A stretch of 64,000 nt of DNA from an uncultured candidate division Zixibacteria bacterium (lineage in GTDB: Bacteria > Zixibacteria > MSB-5A5 > UBA10806): assembly GCA_963801605.1 (NCBI GenBank), contig CAWDFP010000007.1, forward strand, positions 167,885 to 231,884. The letters run 5' to 3'. This document shows positions 10,946 through 21,642 of the stretch, one piece after another; position 1 is the stretch's first letter; each line of letters begins with the position of its first letter. The notes under the pieces are model-generated. The model made no database searches, was not told the DNA's origin, and saw nothing but the letters and a program-made list of their open reading frames with translations. The translations under genes and the position numbers were made by a program.

Positions 10946-11908
10946 TTAGCTGTCAAGCTCTTTTGTCAGATGCCTTTCAATAATCTCTATAATATTTTCG
11001 TAAGAGCTTGCAGATTCGGGACTTATCCAGGTGACCGGAGCTTTATTCCGGAACCATGTCAACTGCCGTTTGGCATAGTTGCGGCTATGCTGCTTGACAA
11101 ACGCAATAGCCTCATCTATTGAAATTTTGTTTTCAAGCGCCTTGATTATCTCGGCATAACCAACTATCCCCTTGTTTATTATCGGGTCTTTTAGGCCAAT
11201 CCTTGAGAGCTCCCTAACTTCATCAACCAAACCATCTTCAATCATTTTATCCACACGCCAATCTATCCGCCTGTAAAGCTCAGGCCGTTCATAAGATAAC
11301 CCCAACCACAGGTATGAGGCCCTAAGCGCCTGATACCGTCCATACGACTGCATTTCGCTTATCGGCCTGCCGGTCGAACGGTAAACTTCGAGGGCTCGGA
11401 TCAGCCTGATACTGTCGTTTGGCGAAATTCTCCCGGCCGATTGCGGATCGACGGCGGTAAGCTCCTGGTGAAGCTTCTCAGGACCGTCCTCAACAACAAT
11501 TAATTCAAGTTTGGTTCTAATTGTGGAATCCCTATCAGGACCTTCAAAGAGGCCGCCGGTTAGCGCTTCAAGATACAAACCGGCTCCTCCTACAATAAAG
11601 GGTATGGCGCCATTCATGGCTGTTTCCTTGATAAAGGTGCCAGCCATCTCAGCATATCTCTTAGCCGTAAAATCCTCGGTGACGTCAGCAATATCAATCA
11701 TGTAATGGGGAATTTTGGCGCGATCCGTTTTTGATGGTTTGGCGGTACCAATATCCAGTAAGCGATAAATTTGACGGGAATCTGCGCCAACGATTCGCCC
11801 TCCAAAGCGTTCGGCCAGCCTCATGGCTAATGAGGATTTACCAGAGCCCGTCGGACCGCAGATAATCACCGCGTGAATTTTGTTATTTTCGTTTGAAGAT
11901 CTTTTCAA
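10946..11908 (-). CDS. miaA: tRNA dimethylallyltransferase
   Basis: P-loop 'VIICGPTGSGKSSLAMRLA' plus 'DSRQIYR..DIGTAKP'; 320 aa. Confidence 0.85.
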   Translation of the reverse strand: MKRSSNENNKIHAVIICGPTGSGKSSLAMRLAERFGGRIVGADSRQIYRLLDIGTAKPSKTDRAKIPHYMIDIADVTEDFTAKRYAEMAGTFIKETAMNGAIPFIVGGAGLYLEALTGGLFEGPDRDSTIRTKLELIVVEDGPEKLHQELTAVDPQSAGRISPNDSIRLIRALEVYRSTGRPISEMQSYGRYQALRASYLWLGLSYERPELYRRIDWRVDKMIEDGLVDEVRELSRIGLKDPIINKGIVGYAEIIKALENKISIDEAIAFVKQHSRNYAKRQLTWFRNKAPVTWISPESASSYENIIEIIERHLTKELDS

Positions 11909-13616
11909 GATCGTCCTGATTTAAGGTTACTATAGTAGGTCGTCCATGAGGACATCTGTATGGCTCCTGGCATTTTAATAACTCCCCGTAAAGTCCTCGA
12001 AGCTGAGCCTCGGGGAGTCGATGCCCGGCTTTGACTGCAGCCTTGCAAGCTACAGCAGCAGCCAGGGCGCGTTTCATGTCCTCTCCTCCTTTTAAATTCG
12101 AGGAATAGGTTTCTAAAACCTCCTTGAGCGCATCCGCTGGGGAAACTCCAGTCATCTCTTGCGGCAGCCCTGAAATAATGACCTCCTCGGCTCCAAAAGT
12201 ACGAAATTCAAAACCAGCTCTGGCTAAGAGGTCGGCGATCTCCTCCACAAGGCTTATTTCCCGCGGTGCAAGTTTCACCCTTTCTTCAAAGAGAAGCCTT
12301 TGTGACGGCGAACCCTGCCGGGAAAACCCGGCCAGTGTCTTTTCAAATAGTATACGCTCATGGGCGGTGTGTTGATCGACTATAAGTAGCTCCCCTTTAC
12401 GGCGTATTAGAATATAAGTATCGAATATCTGAAAATAGGTATCTTGAAAAGTCTCATTAGCGGGATTTACTTTCGAGTAATCCTGTGATTCGATGCGAAC
12501 CGGAGATGGTGATTTCATTGCAAAACCGGTGTCGGCGAAAAGCTCCTGCCTGGCGCTATCAAAAGTTTTAAAATCCGGCGGCACATTTTGATTGGGAATC
12601 TGAGTAGTCCTAAACGCAAAATTAACCGGAAGAGCCAGAGCTTTATCGAGAGAATGTTTCAAGGTTTTGAATATGAAACCATCATCCGCAAAACGAACCT
12701 CGGTTTTTGCCGGATGAACATTGATATCGACAAATGATGGTTCAATATCCAGAAAGACGGCGGCGTAGGGATGTCGTCCGGGGGGCAGAGCATGCCCATA
12801 AGAGGCGCTAATAGCTCCGAAAAAAGCTTTCTCAAGAACGGGACGATGGTTAACAAAGAAAAATATCTCTCCCCTGTTGGCGCGGTTGGTCTCCGGCTTG
12901 GAGACAAATCCGGTAACCTCGAGCGGCCCGACCCCGGGTTCATTAAGAGCTACAAGTTCTTTGGTTATCGCGTCGCCCCAAACAGCCTCTAAACGAGTTA
13001 AAAGGTTAATTGAGGAAGGCAGCTCATTGGTGAGTTTGCCATCGAAATAGATTTTAAATCCGATATCCGGACGAGCGATAATATATCGTCTGATAACTTC
13101 GGAGATTTTGCGACGTTCGGAGATATCCGATTTTAGAAATTTGCGGCGGGCAGGAACATTATAGAAAAGATTTTTTATAGTAATTGTACATCCTTTTTTG
13201 GGTGGGGCCGGACCAAGATAGGTCTGCTTGCCCCCTTCGAATCTGATGGATGTGCCGGTCTTTTCGCCATCATAGTGAGTTGATAGCTCCATTAGCGAAA
13301 CCGAGCTTATGGATGGCAGCGCCTCTCCCCTGAACCCCATGGTGCCGGTGCGAAGAAGATCCTCCCAGCTTTTTATTTTGGATGTGGCGTGACGATAAAA
13401 TGCCAATTCAACTTGTTCTTTGGGAATCCCCTCGCCATCATCAACAATAATGATCTCATCTTTACCACCGCCGGAAATAGAGATTTCTATATTTCGCGCG
13501 CCGGCATCGAGAGAGTTTTCCACCAGTTCTTTAATCACCGATGCGGGGTTTTCAATCACCTCGCCGGCTGCGATTCGATCTATCAGACCATCAGGGAGGA
13601 CTTTGATGTGTTTCAT
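11883..13616 (-). CDS. mutL: DNA mismatch repair protein MutL
   Basis: GHKL ATPase motifs 'IDRIAAGEVIENPASVIKELVENSLDAGA' and 'IIVDDGEGI'; C-terminal 'CPHGRPT'. Confidence 0.85.
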   Translation of the reverse strand: MKHIKVLPDGLIDRIAAGEVIENPASVIKELVENSLDAGARNIEISISGGGKDEIIIVDDGEGIPKEQVELAFYRHATSKIKSWEDLLRTGTMGFRGEALPSISSVSLMELSTHYDGEKTGTSIRFEGGKQTYLGPAPPKKGCTITIKNLFYNVPARRKFLKSDISERRKISEVIRRYIIARPDIGFKIYFDGKLTNELPSSINLLTRLEAVWGDAITKELVALNEPGVGPLEVTGFVSKPETNRANRGEIFFFVNHRPVLEKAFFGAISASYGHALPPGRHPYAAVFLDIEPSFVDINVHPAKTEVRFADDGFIFKTLKHSLDKALALPVNFAFRTTQIPNQNVPPDFKTFDSARQELFADTGFAMKSPSPVRIESQDYSKVNPANETFQDTYFQIFDTYILIRRKGELLIVDQHTAHERILFEKTLAGFSRQGSPSQRLLFEERVKLAPREISLVEEIADLLARAGFEFRTFGAEEVIISGLPQEMTGVSPADALKEVLETYSSNLKGGEDMKRALAAAVACKAAVKAGHRLPEAQLRGLYGELLKCQEPYRCPHGRPTIVTLNQDDLEKIFKRK

Positions 13617-13627
13617 CAGCTATCTCT

Positions 13628-15001
13628 TTATCTCTCAGCGAATCGAAATGAACGTTCAAAGACCTGGCCGGAGCGGCGGTCAAGCGTATATTCGCCTTTA
13701 TATTTTTTTTCGATAATCGACAGGAGAACCTTAAAGAAGCTATCGATCTCTGCCTTAGTATTATAGATACCAAATGAAACCCGCACCAGCCCGGGGACCT
13801 CGGAACGGTCTCCCTTATTAATCTGGTCGCGATAAATATGCGATTTTTTATCAGTAATATTCATGAGCCTCTGAATATAAGGATGAGCGCAGAAACATCC
13901 ATTACGGACAGCGATGGCGCCCTCATAGCTTAAAATTGCAGCGACCCTAGCGTGATATTCATCATTTACATTAAATGAGATAACGCCGACACGATCTTTT
14001 TCGCGGTCCCATTTGTTAGGGCCGTACAGAGTTATACCATCAAGCATAGCGAATCTTTTAAGCGCATATTTGGTTAGTTCTCTCTCATGCGCGGCTATAT
14101 TGGCAAAACCAACGTCGTTGAAAAAATCGATGGCTGCCGAAAGAGCCACTGCGCCGGGGACATTGGGGCTACCGGCCTCTTCTTTATCAGGTAGATGCGC
14201 CCATTGAACCTCGGATAACGTGACATAGTTAACCGTGCCGCCGCCCACGACATCAGGATCGCCAATTTTGAAGACGCTTTTGGGGCCGATTAGGACGCCG
14301 GTGCCAAAAGGAGCGTACATCTTATGCCCCGAAAACGCGATATAATCTATAGAATCTTCCTGGCCGGGTTTGCCCATTCTAATTTTTCTATGAGGCGCAA
14401 GCTGAGCGGCATCAAGCATAAACTTTGCGCCGGCTCTATGAGTCAGAGAAGCTATATTGTCAATCGGCGGCATAACACCGGTTACATTGGAGGCACCGGA
14501 AATTGCGACCAGCTTTACCTGGCGGCCATATTTTGTCAGTTTGGCTTTAAGATCATCGAGATCGAGATAACCATCATTATCAATCTCAACATGAATGGTG
14601 CGGGCCTGCATTCTCCAGGGTAAATCGTTGGAGTGATGCTCCATCAAGCTGGAAAGTACGATATCATTTTTTGTAAGCATCAGCCGATGTGCGAGCTTAT
14701 TAATCCCCTCGGTAGTGTTGTGAACGAAGATGCAAGTAAAATGATGCGGATCAGCCCCCACGAACGCCAGCGTGTTCTCATGGGCGGCATCATAAGCGCG
14801 AGTGGAGATTACCGACTTATATCCGGTGCCCCGATGAACCGAGGAATAATAATCCTTGAACTGATCGAGTTTTTTCCAAACTGATTTTAAGGGAGGCGTG
14901 GAGGCGGCATTATCGAAATTAATATATCGTTTTGTGCCTCCGATTACCGGCACATCGATATTAACCCCCGCCACGGCGTTGCGAAAATTATAGTTTTTCA
15001 T
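13628..15001 (-). CDS. Class V-fold PLP-dependent aminotransferase (cysteine desulfurase / selenocysteine lyase-like)
   Basis: 'SGHKMYAPFGTGVLIG' PLP-lysine region; 457 aa. Confidence 0.65.
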   Translation of the reverse strand: MKNYNFRNAVAGVNIDVPVIGGTKRYINFDNAASTPPLKSVWKKLDQFKDYYSSVHRGTGYKSVISTRAYDAAHENTLAFVGADPHHFTCIFVHNTTEGINKLAHRLMLTKNDIVLSSLMEHHSNDLPWRMQARTIHVEIDNDGYLDLDDLKAKLTKYGRQVKLVAISGASNVTGVMPPIDNIASLTHRAGAKFMLDAAQLAPHRKIRMGKPGQEDSIDYIAFSGHKMYAPFGTGVLIGPKSVFKIGDPDVVGGGTVNYVTLSEVQWAHLPDKEEAGSPNVPGAVALSAAIDFFNDVGFANIAAHERELTKYALKRFAMLDGITLYGPNKWDREKDRVGVISFNVNDEYHARVAAILSYEGAIAVRNGCFCAHPYIQRLMNITDKKSHIYRDQINKGDRSEVPGLVRVSFGIYNTKAEIDSFFKVLLSIIEKKYKGEYTLDRRSGQVFERSFRFAER

Positions 15002-15035
15002 AGTGAACTAAAATAACCCTCGGCGGGGTCACTAA

Positions 15036-16451
15036 TCAAGGCTTTTTAGGCAGATCGTAGCGTTCAATTTTCCTATAGAGGGTAGACAGGTCTATTCCCA
15101 GTATTTTGGCGGTCTGGCTTTTATTCCATCCGGTCTGGGCCAAAGTATAGTAGATATATGCTTTTTCCATCACCTCGAGATCGGGTCCTACGGCAATTCC
15201 GGGTTCGCCAACTGTTGCGGTATTATTGGCATTGCGAATTTCCTCCGGGAGGTCCTCGGAATCAATAATATCTCCGTGAGCCAGCATGACTGTGCGTTCC
15301 AGAAGATTTTCCAGTTGCCTGACATTCCCCGGCCAGGAGTAGGATTTTAGCAGTTCCATTGCCGCGGCGCTAAAATATTTATCAGGCAAATCAAGCTTGG
15401 CGGCGTGACGTCGAGTAAAGTGAATTGCCAGCAATTCGATATCATCAATTCGTTCGCGAAGCGGCGGGATATTAATGCTGAAAACGTTGAGACGATAAAA
15501 AAGATCGGCCCTGAAGGCGCCATGATCCACCCGCTCCTGAAGATTGGCGTTTGTAGCGGCGATCAGACGGACATCGGCAGCCAGGGCTTTGGTCGCTCCC
15601 AGCGGAGTATACTCTTTTTCTTCGAGAACCCGAAGAAGCTTGGCCTGGATCGCCGGGCTGGTTTCGCTGATTTCGTCAAGAAAGAAAGTACCATCGGTCG
15701 CGGCGGCGAATAAGCCGGTTTTATCTTTAATCGCACCGGTAAATGAGCCTCTCATGTGCCCGAATAGTTCCGATTCGAGAAGCGTTTCGGGGAGGGCGGC
15801 GCAATTGAGCGATAGGAATTGGGCGGAATTTCGTCTGCTTTCAGCGTGAATGGCCCGCGCTAAAACCTCTTTGCCGGTTCCCGATTCGCCGGAAATGAGC
15901 ACGGTGATATCGGAACTGGCAGCTCTGGCAGCAAGGCGTTTAATTTCGATAATACTTGGTGAACTTCCAATAAAAGATTCGAAACCGGTGGTCAGGTTTT
16001 CTTTAAGAACCGTGTTCTGCTTTTTAAGAAGACGCTGCTCGATTCCGTTTTTTATGGCGATTTTAATTTCATCGATCTTAAAAGGCTTGGTGATATAATC
16101 AAAAGCGCCGCTCTTAAGCGCCTCGACAGCGGTATCGATTGAGCCGAAAGCGGTCATCACTATGAAATCGAGGTCGGGATCGGCCTTATGCCCCATTCTT
16201 AAGAGCTCCAGACCCGACATTTCAGGCATCATCAGGTCTGTTATTACCAGGTTAAACCGTTTACCCGCATCTCTGGCGTTTTGCTTTAGCTCCTGAAGGG
16301 CCAATTTGGGCGACGTGCGGGTTTCGACTGAGTAGCCCTCTTTGACGAGCATAATCCGCAGAAATTCGCACATACTGGTCTCATCATCGACCACCATAAT
16401 GCGGGTTTGGACCAGTTGACCCTTTTGAGTCTGGATACTTGTTTTTATCAT
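15036..16451 (-). CDS. Sigma-54-dependent response regulator (NtrC/Fis family)
   Basis: Receiver domain (D in 'LVITDLMMPEMSG'), AAA+ sigma-54 activator 'GESGTGKEVLARAIH' and 'GNVRQLEN', C-terminal Fis-type HTH. Confidence 0.85.
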   Translation of the reverse strand: MIKTSIQTQKGQLVQTRIMVVDDETSMCEFLRIMLVKEGYSVETRTSPKLALQELKQNARDAGKRFNLVITDLMMPEMSGLELLRMGHKADPDLDFIVMTAFGSIDTAVEALKSGAFDYITKPFKIDEIKIAIKNGIEQRLLKKQNTVLKENLTTGFESFIGSSPSIIEIKRLAARAASSDITVLISGESGTGKEVLARAIHAESRRNSAQFLSLNCAALPETLLESELFGHMRGSFTGAIKDKTGLFAAATDGTFFLDEISETSPAIQAKLLRVLEEKEYTPLGATKALAADVRLIAATNANLQERVDHGAFRADLFYRLNVFSINIPPLRERIDDIELLAIHFTRRHAAKLDLPDKYFSAAAMELLKSYSWPGNVRQLENLLERTVMLAHGDIIDSEDLPEEIRNANNTATVGEPGIAVGPDLEVMEKAYIYYTLAQTGWNKSQTAKILGIDLSTLYRKIERYDLPKKP

Positions 16452-16672
16452 CTAATGCCTAATATATAAGTCGGTTGAAATGCCGGGGGCCTTTAGCTGG
16501 AATCAGGACCAAAAAGTGATAATAATTGAGCGCAAAAGGCTCCCTTAAAATGTGTTATAGACGTTATAAGTTCCTTTATAAAGTTTAAAGCAAAAAAATC
16601 GAAGTTAAAATATTGGGAATGTTTGGTTAAGCCAATCAGGAGGCTTTTTGATTTAATCCTGTTGTGAAAATT

Positions 16673-17752
16673 CTATTCGCTTATTTCGAGCATCCGCTCC
16701 AACGCAATCCTGGCATCAGATTTGATTTTATCATCGATCTGAACCTGCGCTATCTGATCGAGGTTTTCGACAGTATAGCAGAGATCGGCCAACGAGGTTC
16801 TAAACATGTTTGAGCAAATGGCGCACGATTCGCCCGAAAGTTCGAAAATATTCTTATCCTTATGAATTCGCGCTAAACGTGAAACCAGATTAAGTTCAGT
16901 TCCGATTGCAATAGTTGAACCGGACTGGGCGCTTTCGACAAATTTTACTATAAAGGCAGTTGAGCCCATGGCGTCAGCGGCTTCTACTACCTCCGTGCGG
17001 CACTCGGGATGAACCACTATCTTAACATCAGGCTCCCGCGCCCGCCAATCATCGACATGCTCTTTGGTGAACTTGGTATGAACGTAACAATACCCCGGCC
17101 AGAGGATAATTTTGACCCGTCGATAAGTATCTGTATTAATTCCGCCGTTAAGTATTTGCGGTTGATATAAGCATATTTGATCTTCCGAAAATCCCATTCG
17201 TCGGGCGGTATTTCGTCCCAAATGCTGATCGGGAAAGAAAAAGAGCTTGTCGCCGCGTTCTAACGCCCATTTGAAGGCAGCCTCGGCGTTTGACGATGTG
17301 CAAATTAGACCGTCATTTCGGCCGGTAAACGCTTTCAACTCGGTAGATGTGTTCATGTAAGAAATGGGTATAACCTTTGAATCCGGATTCAATTTGGCGA
17401 TCAAGTCCCAGGCATCATTAACTTGTTCATCTGAGGCCATATCGGCCATCGGGCATCCCGCCAGCGGATTGGGAAGATATACCTTTTGTTCGGGACGGCA
17501 GAGCGTGCGGGCAGCCTCGGCCATGAATCGCACTCCACAGAAGACGATATATTCGGCATCAGGTAGTTTGGAGGCTATTCGAGAAAGCCCGTACGAATCG
17601 CCGATATGATCGCCGAGTGCGACAATTTCAAAACGCTGATAGTGATGAGTCAACACTACCAGGCGCCGGCCCAGCTGCTTCTTAACCGTTTGGATTCGCG
17701 CAGTCAGCTCATCATCGCCGGCTGCGCGATAGCTTTCGGGAATGGATGACAT
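16673..17752 (-). CDS. nadA: Quinolinate synthase
   Basis: NadA-typical 'IVFCGVRFMAE', 'HPECRTEVV' and conserved Cys residues; 359 aa. Confidence 0.8.
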   Translation of the reverse strand: MSSIPESYRAAGDDELTARIQTVKKQLGRRLVVLTHHYQRFEIVALGDHIGDSYGLSRIASKLPDAEYIVFCGVRFMAEAARTLCRPEQKVYLPNPLAGCPMADMASDEQVNDAWDLIAKLNPDSKVIPISYMNTSTELKAFTGRNDGLICTSSNAEAAFKWALERGDKLFFFPDQHLGRNTARRMGFSEDQICLYQPQILNGGINTDTYRRVKIILWPGYCYVHTKFTKEHVDDWRAREPDVKIVVHPECRTEVVEAADAMGSTAFIVKFVESAQSGSTIAIGTELNLVSRLARIHKDKNIFELSGESCAICSNMFRTSLADLCYTVENLDQIAQVQIDDKIKSDARIALERMLEISE

Positions 17753-17997
17753 TACATCTCAGTCATAAAGGATCTATCGAGTTCTTTCTGGATTAAATCC
17801 TCATGTTTGTGTTCCTCAGCGGCCAAAAACTCAAACATCTTCTTGGCGCCGGGGTGAGAAACTACTTTGGCACATTCCTCATAGAATTTACGCGCCCTGA
17901 TTTCTTGCTTGAGCGCCATTCTGACAGCTTCGGCCGGAGATGTGCTCTTATCAACCTTCAACTCAAAAGCGCCTTCGCCCTGCTTATCGTTTGTCAT
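17752..17997 (-). CDS. Small rubrerythrin/ferritin-like half-domain protein
   Basis: A single E-x-x-H diiron half-site, 'FYEECAKV...FEFLAAEEHKHEDL', similar to the second half of the 19144..19644 protein; 81 aa. Confidence 0.5.
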   Translation of the reverse strand: MTNDKQGEGAFELKVDKSTSPAEAVRMALKQEIRARKFYEECAKVVSHPGAKKMFEFLAAEEHKHEDLIQKELDRSFMTEM

Positions 17998-18021
17998 ATT
18001 TTTCTCCTTTAGATAATGATT

Positions 18022-18955
18022 TTAAATCAATTTAAGAGCATTCTTCACGGCAATTCTGGCCTCATAGATTCCGGTCGACAGGAGCTTAATTTTCCCCGGG
18101 TAATAAGCGATATCCCCCACTGCATAAACTCGTTTCAAGCTGGTTTGCATTCGAGGATCAACCTTAATCTGTCCCCCCATCATCTCGATTCCGAAATTCG
18201 AATAAAGGGTTTGCCGGGGCTGCATGTCCACCAGCGAAATGATTATATCGACGCCGCTGGAGCGTTCCTCGGCGCTGTCCTTATTGCTTATTACGAGACA
18301 TTCAGGAGTCTTCACACCAGTAACAGCCTTCACTACCCAGGGCGCGGCGATAACCTCAGTATCAGGCTTAATATCAGGGAATTTCTCATTCAGAAAATGC
18401 GGGAGAATCGCACACCCACGTGAAGGTAGGCGCAATTTTTAGGATATCCTCGGGAATCGCAGGCGGAGTTGATTGGCTGGTAATTACTGCGACCCTTTTC
18501 CCTTTGAGATCATCAGCTTTTGGCCAGTTTTCATAGATACCGGAGCCATTCCATTCGCTAATTTTAATCCTATCTATCAGGGTTGAATAGTAAGCGCGTA
18601 AACCGGAAGCTATCACAACAGTAGATGAATAATATTCGTCTTTATTGGTAGTGACGATAACGGTACTTTTGCTGCCTGGTTTTATATCGCTGACATATTC
18701 TCCCAGGCGGGCCTTCATCCCATAGGTTTTTGCCTTTTGAGCTAAATCCGTAACTAGATCCCGTCCCTTTATAATCTGGATTCCCGGAAAATTGTAAACG
18801 TCCTTATCCGGATACACAGCCTGCATAATGCCGCCAAGGTGCAGGCGAGATTCAATAAGGTAGCACATCGCCCCGAGTTCGCTGGCGGCTCCAGCGGCAT
18901 AAAGACCAACCGGCCCCCCGCCTATTATAGTTATATCGAAAATATCAGAATTCAA
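18022..18955 (-). pseudogene. FAD/NAD(P)-dependent ferredoxin-NADP+ reductase / thioredoxin-reductase-like flavoprotein, multiple frameshifts at 18400-18470
   Basis: The N-terminal half 'YDITIIGGGPVGLYAAG...GKRVAVI' aligns to YumC-type FNR. The second NAD(P) site is readable only as a mosaic of three frames ('INSACDS','PEDILKIAPTFTWV','PHFLNEKF'). The C-terminal half 'RVYAVGDIAYYPGKIKL' is intact. Confidence 0.7.
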
Positions 18956-19033
18956 TCGCGCCTCGCCGAAATTGCAGATTTTTTAAATAACATCGAACGT
19001 TGGTAATACTATCTCGATGACTTTAGGGTTCCG

Positions 19034-19144
19034 CTAATCTAATTCGACGAAATCATCCTGTTTGGCGCCGCAATTAGGGCATACTATTGGAGGAGTCATG
19101 CCCTCGTGAATATGGCCGCATATGGTGCAAATCCATTTTTTCAT
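19034..19144 (-). CDS. Rubredoxin-type zinc/iron-ribbon protein
   Basis: 'MKKWICTICGHIHEGMTPPIVCPNCGAKQDDFVELD' has two CxxC knuckles; its ATG overlaps the upstream TAA by 1 nt (taATG). Confidence 0.7.
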   Translation of the reverse strand: MKKWICTICGHIHEGMTPPIVCPNCGAKQDDFVELD

Positions 19145-19644
19145 TACTCCTCCATCATGGCGGAATCGTTTATCGAGAACCAGTAAAGATCTCCGGAGAG
19201 AGCGGCCTTTTCCGATACCAGATAATTAAAATGGCCATCCTCTTCTTGCTCCAGCTCTTCGAAAATCATCCTGGTCTTGTTGTCGGTGGCAATAGCGGCG
19301 CCGCGTTGATAGAATTTGGCAGACGTGGTTTCGGCCTCGATAGCCATATCCAGGACGCCCAAAACCTGGGTACGATTGTCAACCTGGAGTGCGGCTATGG
19401 CTTTGATGATATCGGGCACACCTCTAACGGGTAGATTTTGGGGCTCTTTACCAAGCATCTTCCGATAGAGACCTTCCATTATATCCCGATGCTTGGCCTC
19501 ATCGTTTGCGAGTCCTTCGATCCGTTTTTTAACCACTGGATTGGATATTTTTTCCGAAAGGTTCTGATAGAACCTGTTGCCCATGATCTCCGTGGTAACT
19601 GCAACGCCCAGGATTTCCTCTATGGTCATCTTTTCAATTTGCAT
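19144..19644 (-). CDS. Rubrerythrin-like ferritin-fold diiron protein
   Basis: Two E-x-x-H half-sites ('EAKHRD', 'EEDGHFNYL'); 166 aa, immediately followed by the rubredoxin ORF. Confidence 0.7.
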   Translation of the reverse strand: MQIEKMTIEEILGVAVTTEIMGNRFYQNLSEKISNPVVKKRIEGLANDEAKHRDIMEGLYRKMLGKEPQNLPVRGVPDIIKAIAALQVDNRTQVLGVLDMAIEAETTSAKFYQRGAAIATDNKTRMIFEELEQEEDGHFNYLVSEKAALSGDLYWFSINDSAMMEE

Positions 19645-19775
19645 CTATCCGCCCTTTCATAGTTTCCTATTTCGATTCAACCCCAACGAATTGCCTTAAT
19701 ATGAAAATCCAGCTTCGATTAGTCAAGGAGGAACAAAATCAGGGACAGGCGAGGTTATGATATATTAGAGGCGTT

Positions 19776-20559
19776 ATGGCGAAAATATATATTGGCACAT
19801 CAGGCTGGAGCTATAAAGATTGGGAAGGTAATTTCTATCCCGAGGATATTAAGCCGAAGGATTACCTGGCCTATTATTCGCAACAATTCAATAGCGTGGA
19901 AATTGATTCCTCTTTTTATGGAATCCCCCGTCGCAGCGCCGTGGAAAGCTGGTATAAGATGGTTCCCAAGGAATTCAAATTCGCTCCCAAATTTCCTCAA
20001 GATATCACCCATAAATCCGATTTAACCGGTATCGAAGACAAACTTTCAGCGTTTCTAAGCGCCATGGAGCTTCTTAAAGAAAAGTTAGGACCTCTTTTGA
20101 TTCAATTTCCATATTCATTTAAGCCCGAACTATCGGATAATCTGAGCAGGTTTTTAAGGCAGCTTCCCAAAGAATTCGATTATATCGTTGAGATTCGAAA
20201 TCGCAAGTGGTTGGGCGAGAAATTTTATGAGATGCTTAGAAAAGATGGGATCGGATTAGCGCTCATCGAACATCCCTGGATGCCGCGGTTGAATGTGATA
20301 ACATCAAATACTCTTTATGTGCGGTTCCTGGGAGATCGTAAAATACATCAAGGATGATTTTTCGCATGTACAGATCGATCGCACTGAAAATCTGGATCAG
20401 TGGCAGAAAATGATATTAGTACTCGAAGAAAAGGCCAACGATTTTTACGGCTATTTCAATAACCATTATTCCGGTTACGCGCCCGCCACCGCTAAATATT
20501 TCAAGGATTTACTGACTGCCGCGCCGAACCCATCAGAATCTAAAATCGCTCTCAGATAG
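19776..20559 (+). CDS. DUF72 (UPF0759) family protein, frameshifted near 20335
   Basis: N-terminal 'IYIGTSGWSYKDWEGNFYP' in ORF 19776..20357; C-terminal 'YGYFNNHYSGYAPATA' in ORF 20317..20559. Confidence 0.75.
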
Positions 20560-20706
20560 ATTCGTTTGAATCTGTTATTGTTAGTAATCATCACTATTGT
20601 TGAAATCAATTTTATATCATATATTATTAAAGCGATTAGCCGGTTAAAATCAGGCTTTCGCGATAATTCGCTGATTTGGTTATTAAATGGTTTGGAATAG
20701 AATTAA

Positions 20707-21642
20707 ATGTCAATCTTAGAAAAATTTAAATCCGGTGATCCTGTGGCGTTAGCTCGGATTATCTCGCATATCGAAAACCGAGGGCCGGAAACCGAAAAGA
20801 TATTGGCTGAGATTTACCCCAAAACCGGTCATGCTCATACTGTAGGAATTACAGGTCCGCCCGGCGCCGGTAAATCAAGTATCGTCGATAAGCTATGCGC
20901 TCTCTACCTGGAGCGTGGGGAGACGGTTGGTATTATTGCAGTCGATCCCTCCTCCCCTTTTACCGGGGGGGCGCTATTGGGCGATCGTATTCGAATGCAG
21001 GACCTGGCTGTGAATCCGAATGTCTTCATTCGCAGCATGGCAACCCGCGGCTCAACCGGCGGCCTGGCATTAGCAACTACCGAAGTCATCCGGGCTTTAG
21101 ATGCTTTTGGTAAAGATATTATTCTGGTGGAAACCGTGGGCGTCGGACAGGTAGAGCTCGATGTGGCCGAGGCCTGCGATACGACTATCGTGGTGCTGGT
21201 ACCGGAATCCGGCGATTCGATCCAGGCGATGAAAGCCGGCCTGATGGAGATTGCTGATATATTCGTGGTTAATAAATCGGATCGCGAAGGCGCCCAGCGG
21301 CTTGTTTCCGAGCTTAATATGATGGTCGATGTCAAGCGGGATAAGTCGGGCCGTGATTTGCCGGTGGTTTCCACGCAGGCCACGAATAATATCGGTTTGA
21401 CGGATTTATTGGCTAAAATTGACTCCGAATATGAACGGCTTAAAACCGGTGACAATTTTCAAATACATCGCAAGAAAATGATTCGTTATGACATTATTAA
21501 AACCCTGGAACACCGCTTTAAGAGTCGTCTCCTGGATGAAATTTTACCGAACCAGAAGCTCGATGAAATTGTAGATAAGATATATGCCGGACAGGGCAAT
21601 CCTTACGACCTGGCTCAGAATTTAATAGATAACCTTAAGTGA
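20707..21642 (+). CDS. meaB: Methylmalonyl-CoA mutase-associated G-protein chaperone MeaB/ArgK
   Basis: P-loop 'GITGPPGAGKSS' and 'AVDPSSPFTGGALLGDRIRM'; 311 aa. Confidence 0.85.
   Translation: MSILEKFKSGDPVALARIISHIENRGPETEKILAEIYPKTGHAHTVGITGPPGAGKSSIVDKLCALYLERGETVGIIAVDPSSPFTGGALLGDRIRMQDLAVNPNVFIRSMATRGSTGGLALATTEVIRALDAFGKDIILVETVGVGQVELDVAEACDTTIVVLVPESGDSIQAMKAGLMEIADIFVVNKSDREGAQRLVSELNMMVDVKRDKSGRDLPVVSTQATNNIGLTDLLAKIDSEYERLKTGDNFQIHRKKMIRYDIIKTLEHRFKSRLLDEILPNQKLDEIVDKIYAGQGNPYDLAQNLIDNLK

Noticed and set aside
20904-21455. 183-aa antisense ORF inside meaB, and similar long antisense ORFs (2010..2450, 25122..25670, 7344..7865, 36126..36470, 33185..33661)
   Set aside because: They lie fully inside strongly supported genes on the opposite strand. 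Their composition is low-complexity (Ser/Arg/Pro-rich) and there are no motifs; they are GC-driven spurious ORFs.
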